A stretch of 32,000 nucleotides of DNA, taken from contig NZ_CP053627.1 of NCBI RefSeq assembly GCF_013177435.1, positions 1-32,000 of the forward strand, in the 5' to 3' direction. The notes beneath the pieces were generated by a model, which did not search any database, was not told the DNA's origin, and saw nothing but the letters and a program-made list of their open reading frames with translations. Positions 20,465 to 28,686 of this stretch are shown piece by piece. Source of the DNA: Xylella taiwanensis (GTDB lineage: Bacteria > Pseudomonadota > Gammaproteobacteria > Xanthomonadales > Xanthomonadaceae). The position numbers and the translations under genes are program-made. The stretch's first letter is position 1; every line of letters starts with the position of its first letter.

Positions 20465-21960
20465 GACTACGACGATGTTGCTCAGGATGCCGCAGTTGTT
20501 GTGTTGGGTTGCTGCCAGTGGTTTGGCAATGCGCTGTGCAAGGCTGATGCAGGGGATAGCGTTCTCTTAGGTTTCGATCATCTCTTTGGCTTTGTGCTGT
20601 CACTTCCGGTGGCATCGATCATTATTTCAATGCTGCGAGAGGATTTTCTAAGTATGTCGGTGATGCGTGTTTTGAGGGTATTTTTGGCATTGTGCTCCAG
20701 TGTCAAAACGCAGTCTCCGTAAAGAGGAGGCATCAAAATTTTATCTGCACGTGGTGCAGAGATCGCGTAGATGAGTCGTACAGCCATGGGGATGTTTGCA
20801 AAGGGCATGGTGTGTCGTTTCTTTCGTGTATCCCAAATGCAATGCAAGGTGTTCTCAAAGTACATTGCGATGGCAAGTGTCATCGTTGCGTCTTCGCGAG
20901 AGACGTGCATGGGTGTTTGATCGTTGCTGCAAGTGTGTACCGTAACGGCGATGCTTGCCGGGTGCCAGGTGCTGTTAACCGATCCGCAGTGTGGTGATAT
21001 GTGGAGCCTTTCAACAGTTGCATTGATGTGTGCTCGCTGATGGTCTATCTCTTGGGAGGTATTCGGATCTGCTTCCAGGATGTGGCTGACGGTTTTATGT
21101 GCGGGACGTGAAGTCAGCAATCCTCGTGGACCAGCTCATAGGCTGTTCAATGTTTCGCCAGCGGTACGGCTGTGGGTGAGAGCGTGTCTTTGCCAGGTGT
21201 GCCGCAGCAATGCATCCGGTATGCGAAGAGAAGTGCTGGATGGGTGGGCGCTGCAATCAGGCTGTGGTTTCGTCCGGGTGCGGAAAGGTGGTTTTGGTTT
21301 CGATGGAATACACCAAACACTCGGGGCAATGGGTATCGTTAGGATGCGGTGTTAGTCATCTGCGATGGGCGTATTGCAGTCTCGATGGTGGTGCGCATGG
21401 TGCAATCAAGGAATCTGTGGCCACGACGGTAAGCAGCGTTTTCTTTATCCTTTGGTTTCAAGCTGATGGTTTCGTCTAGGTGCTAGTCCCGGGTGGTTGA
21501 TATTCAAGGCAAGCATGTCAATCGGAGGCAACTTCGGCTTCTTGAGCGTCGTGGTGAACCAGGACCTAAGCAAGGTGGGTTCAAGAGGGCACGGTCTTGG
21601 TAGCACCATCGATTTGTTCCGAGTGTCTTCGCAGTGTTTGCCCGCCAAAGCCTGTGTTTCAGTGTGACCTGGTCAGTTCAGGGGTGACCGTTGCAAGTGA
21701 ATATTTTCCGAAAAATCTGGATTAATCGGAGCGATGGCTGTGTTCGCCTGTCTGGGTGCAAGGGCGCTTGGGTAAGGTTGTCTTTGCGAGATGGCATTGC
21801 ATGGCCTTCTTCAGAGCCAGTCGTTCGGATGGTATGCGTTGTACGAACAGATCACGTGTCATCTTGTGTTTGGTGTGATACGCCCGATGTGGAGTATCTC
21901 GTTTCAGTGAAAAGGGCTTGGGAGTCCGTCTGACAGATAACGGTTTTTCAGGGCTACAAA
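20465..21960 (-). pseudogene. probable P4-type tyrosine integrase remnant (heavily decayed)
   Basis: Minus-strand fragments in shifting frames resemble conserved integrase blocks. They are NRYLSDG (21925-21951), IPSERLALKKA (21803-21835, compare YPxxSLAxAR), LETKG.RKRC (inside 21432-21491, compare IExRGAxExAxRxxQRC), NTPIADD (21355-21375, compare NPAxDL), KKRHTMPF..AVRLI, AKNTLKT and CTAH...EQHRR (about 20470-20540). Many stops and frameshifts. Similarity was judged by eye only. Confidence 0.4.
21432..21491 (-). repeat. inverted repeat, right copy
   Basis: The reverse complement matches 19299-19358 at 59/60 positions. Confidence 0.95.
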
Positions 21961-22043
21961 GGCATCCTGACGATCGTGATCATCGGGTTTCAATACAGTA
22001 CTTGCAGACTATTGCTGCATCGAAACGATCATTGTTGAGTGTT

Positions 22044-22120
<77 letters not shown>

Positions 22121-22976
22121 TTGTTTTGTGTTTGAGGGGCGTCTAGGTGATCGTCCCGGATGACTGCTGCTTCACTGGCTGCTTTAACAGGCGGAGTTAA
22201 CAGTTTTTACTATTTTCGACGCGTGTTTTGGTCTGGTGGCTCATGTGGTTACCCAGGGGTGCTATTGCCCTGGTGTCATCCGTCATGAATGTGCTACTAA
22301 CGTCGTGTACTGGTGATGATGTGTAATTTTAGTCATCTGATATTGATTGAGCGATGCGGCGTCCTGGTGGCTACCCATGCCGATATTTGTTTCTTATCTT
22401 ATTATTTTTTATTTAAGAGTTACGATACGAATGTGCGACATCGCTCTGTTAGGGAAGTGAAAGTATCGCTGCATCTGTTCTGAATAAAAAAAGAAAGGGA
22501 TGATGTGTCGGGACCTTAGCATAATCTCGGGATATCTGGGGAAACTTGTTTCCTGACGATGGTTTGCAGTGTTCCGTCTCGAAGTCATTGCGTCATCTCT
22601 CTTTTGTCTCATTCTCAAGAGAGAATGCGTTTTTATTGTGATTGGTACCGTGGTTTTTCAGGGTGCACTCAATGGAGCACCCTTTGCCCAAGGGAGGGAG
22701 TTCCACTGGGTGACACAAGTATGTTGCATGGTGTCCTGTATCTACTGCGTATCGGGATCTCTTGAGAACATTGATTGCAGCAAGCCGCAATGAGGGAGAG
22801 CCATCACATCACCTGCTGGCATCGGTGGTTGGATGAGAGGTCATGCTGTGGGTGATCTTGATTCCTTCAGAGATTGCTGGTTGAGCTGACTTGCCAAGTG
22901 TCTAATAGGGAAGCGAGTTGAGGATGGTTGGAGCGAAACGCGCGTGACACGATGATCATTGGTTGGGTGTGTGGTT

Positions 22977-24080
22977 TCATCTGGTTACGTTGGTTTCGGG
23001 TGTTTTGTGAGCTGTAGCGGGCCTTGGTAGGGTCTGCCTGATGCGCACTGCCCGAGCGAGCTGCTCCAGCATTGCCACTGAGGTATCCCAGTCGATGCAA
23101 CCATCGGTAATACTCTGCCCATAGGTGAGTGTGCTGCCAGGTACCAAGTCTTGCCGACCACCAACAATGTGGCTTTCGATCATCACACCGACGATGCGGC
23201 GTTCACCGGCTTCGAGCTGCTCAACGATGTTCTCAATGACCTTGGGTTGATTGTTTGGATTTTTGCCACTATTAGCATGGCTCGCGTCAACCATCAGACG
23301 TACTGGTAGCTTGGATTTAAGCAATGTTTGGCTGGCCGCTTCGACACTGTTCGCGTCGTAGTTTGGGACCTTGCCTCCACGCAGGATCACGTGGCAATCG
23401 GGATTACCCTGAGTGGCGACGACTGCGGCGATACCCGTCTTTGTCACTGACAGGAAATGGTGTGGATGCGAAGCGGCCTTGATCGCGTCAGCAGCAATCT
23501 TCACATCACCGCTGGTACTGTTTTTAAAGCCAATTGGGCACGACAGACCTGAAGCCATCTCACGGTGTATCTGGCTCTCGGTGGTGCGTGCACCGATGGC
23601 GCCCCAAGCCACTAAATCAGCCAGGTACTGTGGCGAAATTGTGTCTAGAAATTCCACGCCAGCCGGTAAACCCAGATGATTGATGTCGCGCAGCAGGTTG
23701 CGCGCGATGTACAGACCTTTATTGATCTGGAAGCTGCCATCCAGATCCGGGTCGTTGACCAAGCCCTTCCAACCAATGGTGGTGCGCGGTTTCTGAAAGT
23801 AAACCCGCATGATGATCTCCAGTGCGTCGCCATAGGTCTCGCGCAATGGGCGTAGACGCTGCGCGTAATCAATCGCTGCAATTGGGTCATGGATTGAGCA
23901 TGGGCCGATTACCACTGCTAAACGGTCGTTGTGGCCGTGCAGGATATCGTGCAGTGCGGTGCGTGAGGCTGCTACAGTCAGTGACGCCTGTTCATCGCAG
24001 GAGAGTTGCAAGAGGAGCTGTGCAGGAGGTGCCAGTGGTTCAATCTTGCGGATGCGGAGGTCATCGGTAAATGGTGGCAT
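22977..24080 (-). CDS. aroG: class I (AroF/G/H-type) 3-deoxy-D-arabino-heptulosonate-7-phosphate synthase
   Basis: 367 aa from ATG 24080 (MPPFTDDLRIRKIEPL). Blocks VVIGPCSIHD, RVYFQKPRTTIGWKGLVNDP, WGAIGARTTESQIHREMASGLSCPIGFKN, ILRGG and DASHANS. The isozyme or feedback specificity cannot be assigned from sequence. The GTG 24197 start of the ORF track would read through the upstream terminator and was rejected. Confidence 0.95.
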   Translation of the reverse strand: MPPFTDDLRIRKIEPLAPPAQLLLQLSCDEQASLTVAASRTALHDILHGHNDRLAVVIGPCSIHDPIAAIDYAQRLRPLRETYGDALEIIMRVYFQKPRTTIGWKGLVNDPDLDGSFQINKGLYIARNLLRDINHLGLPAGVEFLDTISPQYLADLVAWGAIGARTTESQIHREMASGLSCPIGFKNSTSGDVKIAADAIKAASHPHHFLSVTKTGIAAVVATQGNPDCHVILRGGKVPNYDANSVEAASQTLLKSKLPVRLMVDASHANSGKNPNNQPKVIENIVEQLEAGERRIVGVMIESHIVGGRQDLVPGSTLTYGQSITDGCIDWDTSVAMLEQLARAVRIRQTLPRPATAHKTPETNVTR

Positions 24081-24130
24081 GGGATGTAATCTCAGAAAAA
24101 AATTTAGGCATAGGTCAAGTGAGGGTGGGC

Positions 24131-24164
24131 AATAAAAAAGCCGCCAAAATATGTTGGCGGCTTT
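24131..24164 (-). terminator. intrinsic terminator between the leader ORF and the DAHP synthase gene (attenuator terminator)
   Basis: The minus strand reads AAAGCCGCCAA-CATATT-TTGGCGGCTTT followed by TTTATT, so with the TTT of the 3' arm the U-run reads TTTTTTATT. The 11-bp stem is perfect. It ends 51 nt upstream of the DAHP synthase ATG. Confidence 0.8.
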
Positions 24165-24216
24165 CAAGGATGCGAAGAAGTTTCCTTCAGATAGCACGCA
24201 ATCCTTCCTCCGCCAA
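24154..24216 (-). promoter_or_regulatory. candidate antiterminator helix competing with the terminator
   Basis: The minus-strand segment TTGGCGGAGGAAGGATTGCG (24197-24216, inside the leader ORF) pairs with CGCATCCTTGAAAGCCGCCAA (24154-24174). The second segment is the 5' arm of the terminator plus 10 upstream nt. Pairing is 7+5+4 bp with one internal loop and one bulged U. Confidence 0.6.
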
Positions 24217-24315
24217 TGGCATTGGAAATGCGTAGTACCAAAAATAAAAGCTGTCGCGATTAAAGTTCATCGCTTCATTAATAGCACGCTCATACGACAT
24301 GCACCACTGTTTCAT
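24187..24315 (-). CDS. candidate attenuator leader peptide rich in Phe/Tyr/Trp codons
   Basis: MKQWCMSYERAINEAMNFNRDSFYFWYYAFPMPLAEEGLRAI (42 aa). A 27-aa version starts from the internal ATG 24270. Codons 24226-24249 encode F Y F W Y Y A F. The stop lies 22 nt before the terminator stem. The start codon and SD are uncertain. Confidence 0.55.
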   Translation of the reverse strand: MKQWCMSYERAINEAMNFNRDSFYFWYYAFPMPLAEEGLRAI

Positions 24316-25744
24316 TCGTAACTCTATTTCAGGTGACAAATGTACAAGACAACTCGAATTACAACGTTTGGGGCGTATCACTTAGGCGGTCAACCAGTGC
24401 CCACGATCAGGCACATGAACACAATACAGTCAAGTGATACAGCGGCACCGACAGTTTAGTGTGTCCTTTATATGAAACGTTTTGAAATTGCATTGGCAGA
24501 ATATTGTTGAATTGCGATCAGCACAAAGTGTTCTCTACTTGGCGCATGACTCTCCTTGGAAGAGCAGCCTAGTTTTGATCGTATCCCAACCGTAGAGATT
24601 CGATTTCATCAATCGGCAGTAACGACTCTGTCATATGTGGCGAAGGATGAGGTGTGGTCAGCTGGTGTTGATGTTGTCTCGCATTACATTCAAATGAGCT
24701 TCACTAACGACGCATGCTTTCATATCAATTTATGTGGATGCCTAGCTAAAGCGAATGCGCAAATCGGCTTGTTGAGCAATAGGTGAAGATTCCGACAAGG
24801 CCCATATTGCTTGGTCCGTTCGATCGAAGCTCAGCCACAGAGCGCTGATCCTTGATGTGTTTGCACATGGGACCCACAGAGTGAGTATCTCGATGGCTGG
24901 GACGTAGTGAATGTGTGCATGGTTGTGCAGTATCCCGTGTGTGTGGCGTTGCTATGAGAGATTTTTGTCTTGAGCACGGGCTTCAAAGTATTGGTGAAGA
25001 TCAATGGGTCGATGCGAACTAAACGTCGTTCACTGAAGACCGTCCTCAATGTCTCCATAAACCAAGAACATCACACACTTGAGCAGCGTTTACTGACCAG
25101 CGGGTGTTGTAATGCGTGCTGCAAATTCTCGGCAGAGCACGTGATACCCAGCTGTGCATGAATTTTCATCACCATAACATCATGCTGCACATCGGCTAAC
25201 AACATCAGCTTCTGATGCAACATGTTTATATGGAGCACATGCATTGTTTGAGGTGAGAACGGCATCAGTGAAGTCTGTGCAGCAACGGGAGGTGATATAT
25301 GCCGGATTGTCACAATGCTTGTGTCATTCACACTATACTCTGTTACGCCGTACATACGGTGGCCGCAATATTTCTTGGATACTCATCGTATGAGTAGGCG
25401 AAACGTCGATCTCTCAATGATCGAAGGTACCTTGCAAAAAGGTCGAAGAGAATAGACGAAGCCGTTTTAATTGCTTTCTGTAAGTAGATGAAAAACGCTG
25501 GTCACAGGCTGTGGTCTCATTCTGGTAAGGGCTAATATATTTTCCTAAATATATTTCTGCTCATAGCGATCCGAGAAAATGCATTGAGCTAGCGTGTCTA
25601 TCATTCGAGCCAGAATTGGTTGGCGCGACGCGCCCAAGAGACTCAACATGAGGGTCCGTATACAGCATGAGTCAGCGTGTGCCGCAGCATATCCAGCGTT
25701 GATCTGAAACTTGGATGAGGTATTGGTCATTAGGTTCTGTTGAC

Positions 25745-25761
25745 ATTCGCGTAACGCGAAT
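25745..25761. repeat. 17-nt palindrome ATTCGCGT-A-ACGCGAAT with an extra ACGCGAA half-site
   Basis: 8+1+8 palindrome checked base by base. The half-site ACGCGAA recurs at 25762-25768. A TTGACA hexamer overlaps its left edge (25740-25745). Confidence 0.9.
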
Positions 25762-26062
25762 ACGCGAAGATAGTACTTACAGTGCTGAGCGATAAGGGTG
25801 AAGCAGAACGTAGGGAGCATGCAGGGCAATGCAGGCCGTCTGGATTTAAAGGCAGTTGATCACCACGATTTCTTCAAGCCCTTGCGATGGACGGTACGCA
25901 CCGGCTTCTGTGGCATCGCTTGACGGTGGATATTGAATCCTGGGCACGTTGTATAAATACGTTTTTTCCGATCCTGGCGATTACGCATAAAATTTTAGAG
26001 ATTTATATCGCATCATAACCTCGCCTATAATTGTGATATAAATCACCTTTCGTCCGCGGTGT

Positions 26063-26638
26063 ATGTATCGAAAGATGAGCCAATGGAAGTCGACCCCACC
26101 TGCCCCTGCGTATGGTTTCACGGTGGTCGAGTTAATGGTAACAATCGCCATCCTGGCAATTCTTGCAGGCCTTGCTTATCCGAGCTTTATTAATCTGATT
26201 AATAGCGAGCGCTTGACGAGTAGTGCTAACGAGTTGGTTGCTTCTTTACAACTGGCCAGGACAGAAGCAATCCGGCTTGGTTCTTCGGTTGCCGTATGCC
26301 GCAGTGACAATGGTCGTGATTGTGTTGCCGGCACCCCTTGGCGACGCTGGGTGACCGTGGCCAATGGGAGCACAGAGATCCTAAGGGTAAACAATGCCAT
26401 CACCAACGTTATTGTTCAGAGTAGCCCCACAATCGCCCGTTTAAACGACCAAATTGTGTTCAACCCGGATGGGCTGGCGCGCGACTCTGACGGCGCATTG
26501 CTCACGGCGCAATTGTCGATATGTATGGCCAATGCCAGCCTAGCCAACAATCTTCGTTTTGTCAGCATTAATGGCGGCAGCCGAATTCGCGTCTCGCCCG
26601 GATCTACACCCCAATGTTCTCAGCCTAGAGACGAATAA
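26063..26638 (+). CDS. fimT: type IV pilus minor pilin, FimT/GspH family
   Basis: Prepilin-type N-terminus YG-FTVVELMVTIAILAILAGLAYPSF. GspH/FimT-like body. First gene of a pilV-pilW-pilX-pilY1 cluster. The start could instead be ATG 26075. Confidence 0.8.
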   Translation: MYRKMSQWKSTPPAPAYGFTVVELMVTIAILAILAGLAYPSFINLINSERLTSSANELVASLQLARTEAIRLGSSVAVCRSDNGRDCVAGTPWRRWVTVANGSTEILRVNNAITNVIVQSSPTIARLNDQIVFNPDGLARDSDGALLTAQLSICMANASLANNLRFVSINGGSRIRVSPGSTPQCSQPRDE

Positions 26639-26647
26639 AACATTGCT

Positions 26648-27124
26648 ATGTCCATCGCAAGCAAAAAAGCTACTGCCGGCGTTAGTTTGATCGAGGTGTT
26701 GATTTCGGTATTCATTCTGGCTGTTGGCATGTTAGGTATCGCAGCAATGCAAGTCATGGCCCTACGCAATAATGACAGTGCCATGCAGCGCAGCCATGCG
26801 GTGATCCAGTCATACGCGATTCTTGAGGCGATGCGTGCCAATCGCAGCGAAGCGATCCAAGGCAGCTACAACACCAATGGAATGATTTGTACTGCGCCGC
26901 AAGCAACCAGTCTGGTTGATGTTGATCGCCGTGATTGGATTAGTAACCTCAAGGCGGCGCTCGGCGATTCTGAACACACCTGTGGTTCAATCCTTTGCGA
27001 TGCCAATGGATGCAAGATCGAGGTGCAGTGGGACGAGAGTCGTGCGAGTAATGGGCGTTCCCCAACCGGTCAATTGATATCTTCCACGCAGAAGCAAATC
27101 TTTGAAGTGAGGAGCAAACTTTGA
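26648..27124 (+). CDS. pilV: type IV pilus minor pilin / modification protein PilV
   Basis: N-terminus KKATAG-VSLIEVLISVFILAVGMLGIAAMQ is typical of PilV. 158 aa. Confidence 0.85.
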   Translation: MSIASKKATAGVSLIEVLISVFILAVGMLGIAAMQVMALRNNDSAMQRSHAVIQSYAILEAMRANRSEAIQGSYNTNGMICTAPQATSLVDVDRRDWISNLKAALGDSEHTCGSILCDANGCKIEVQWDESRASNGRSPTGQLISSTQKQIFEVRSKL

Positions 27125-28077
27125 ACCGTCGCTTTGCGCTGCAACGTGTCCAGCGTGGTTTCAATCTGATCGAGCTGATGATCACATTGCTTCTTGGGTT
27201 ACTGGTCGTCCTCGCTGCAATTTCAATGTTTATATCCAGTCGTCGGCTTTATACAACGACGGAGAACATGAGCCGCCTGCAAGAGTCGGCGCGCGTGGCG
27301 TTTGAGCTGATGGCGCGTGATCTACGCGAGGCCGGTGGTAATGCCTGTGATAACACCTTACCCGTTGCCAATGTACTCAGAGTCAGAGATCCCACCACAG
27401 AGTGGTCGCGTAATTGGAGCGTACCGCTCATCGGTGTTGATGGCGGTACCCTTCTTGGGGGCCTTCAAGGAACGGATGCAATCCGCATTTTGTCTGCAGG
27501 TACGAGTGGAGGTACGGTCGTAGCGCACGATCCGGTGGCCAACAGAATAACGCTGGATAAGTCAGTACCCAATTTGCGCACCAACGGGATCATGATGGTG
27601 TGCGACCTCCAACAGCTTTCAATCTTTCAGGCCAGTAACATTGCCGGCGCGACCGTCGATTATGGCAACGGCCCATTAAATGCCTGCACTCACTTTGGTC
27701 GTCTCCCATCCGTGTGCAATGCGAATCCTCCCAATTACCAGCACCAAGCCAATTCGATCATCACCGAATTGCGTGCAGTTCAGTGGTATGTCAAAACCAA
27801 TGGGCGCGGTGGGACATCACTCTATCAGGAGATTCTCGGTTCCAATGGTGTGGTCAGTGCTGGCGAAGTCGCTGAATCAATCAGCGCTATGCAAATGACT
27901 TACCTGTTAAGAGGTGCCGCAAAATACGTCAAAGCTTCCGAGGTATCGGAATGGAAAAATGTCATTGCGGTTAGGGTTGCGTTGACTATCCAAACGACCG
28001 ACAGAGTGGGTGTCGATAACAGGGTGGTAGCGCGCACGCTCACATCGGTTATCAGCTTGCGGAACAGAAATTTATGA
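27121..28077 (+). CDS. pilW: type IV pilus assembly protein PilW
   Basis: The TTG start overlaps the pilV stop (TTGA). N-terminus QRG-FNLIELMITLLLGLLVVLAAISMF. 318 aa. Position is between pilV and pilX. Confidence 0.85.
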   Translation: MNRRFALQRVQRGFNLIELMITLLLGLLVVLAAISMFISSRRLYTTTENMSRLQESARVAFELMARDLREAGGNACDNTLPVANVLRVRDPTTEWSRNWSVPLIGVDGGTLLGGLQGTDAIRILSAGTSGGTVVAHDPVANRITLDKSVPNLRTNGIMMVCDLQQLSIFQASNIAGATVDYGNGPLNACTHFGRLPSVCNANPPNYQHQANSIITELRAVQWYVKTNGRGGTSLYQEILGSNGVVSAGEVAESISAMQMTYLLRGAAKYVKASEVSEWKNVIAVRVALTIQTTDRVGVDNRVVARTLTSVISLRNRNL

Positions 28078-28661
28078 GCATGAGCAACGTCGGGCCGTGC
28101 AGGCAGCGCGGCATCTCTCTGATCGTCATATTACTCCTGCTGCTGGTGATGACGTTGATTGGTTTAGCCGTGCTACGCACCACGGTACTTCAAGAGCGCA
28201 TGAGCGCTAATCTGCGTGATCGTAGCTTGAGTTTTCAAACCGCAGAAGCAGCGCTTCGCGACGCTGAGGAGTTCATCAGGACAGAGAGCGCCAATGGCAG
28301 AGCACCTGGCTACGACTGTACGCCAGCGGGACGAATATGTCCGGCGATTCCGGACAATACTTATACCGGCAATGCATCCGGGTGTAGCCGCGGTAGCGAA
28401 AATTGTTGGATCAATGCTACTACGCGCAGCCAAGCAGTCACCGGCATGATTGGACAGTACTACATCCAGTACATAGGAGAGCGCACTGGGGTCAACCAAG
28501 AGGCACTTGGTGCTGGTTCCAGCGCCAGCCAGAATCAATATGGTTCTGTTGAAGATACCTCCTCGGAAAAGTATTACCGCATCCTTGCGCGCAGCAGCGA
28601 TCCCTCTGGAAAAGATGGGCGGGCGTTCGTTGTCCTGCAAACTGCTGTCATCGTTAATTAA
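28074..28661 (+). CDS. pilX: type IV pilus minor pilin PilX
   Basis: The ATG overlaps the pilW stop (ATGA). PilX N-terminal block QRGISLIVILLLLLVMTLIGLAVLRTTVLQERMSAN. Confidence 0.8.
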   Translation: MSMSNVGPCRQRGISLIVILLLLLVMTLIGLAVLRTTVLQERMSANLRDRSLSFQTAEAALRDAEEFIRTESANGRAPGYDCTPAGRICPAIPDNTYTGNASGCSRGSENCWINATTRSQAVTGMIGQYYIQYIGERTGVNQEALGAGSSASQNQYGSVEDTSSEKYYRILARSSDPSGKDGRAFVVLQTAVIVN

Positions 28662-28686
28662 TCGGTCTTCTTAATTAAGAATCGAC

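Larger units (their letters stand above)
18562..22043. mobile_element. decayed integrative-element scar abutting the 3' end of tRNA(CAU)
   Basis: 3.5 kb with only short, mutually overlapping ORFs. Contains a transposase pseudogene, integrase-like fragments on both strands and an inverted repeat pair. It borders the 3' end of a tRNA gene, the classic integration site. Confidence 0.5.

Noticed and set aside
20578-21120. 180-aa minus-strand ORF, the longest in the 18.6-22.0 kb interval, as a possible intact gene
   Set aside because: Its sequence only resembles the middle of a tyrosine integrase. It lacks the N- and C-terminal parts, which lie in other frames. I treat it as a pseudogene fragment and not as a functional CDS.
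22610-22634. Hairpin CATTCTC-AAGA-GAGAATG followed by CG TTTTT on the plus strand, a possible orphan terminator or sRNA 3' end between the tRNA and the DAHP synthase gene
   Set aside because: The stem is short and AT-rich, with no convincing promoter or conserved structure upstream. It cannot be supported without expression data.
26026-26031. Perfect TATAAT hexamer 32 nt upstream of the fimT ATG as the operon promoter
   Set aside because: The best -35 at 17-bp spacing (TTATAT) matches TTGACA at only 2/6 positions. The region is AT-rich, so a TATAAT can occur by chance. I left it unannotated.
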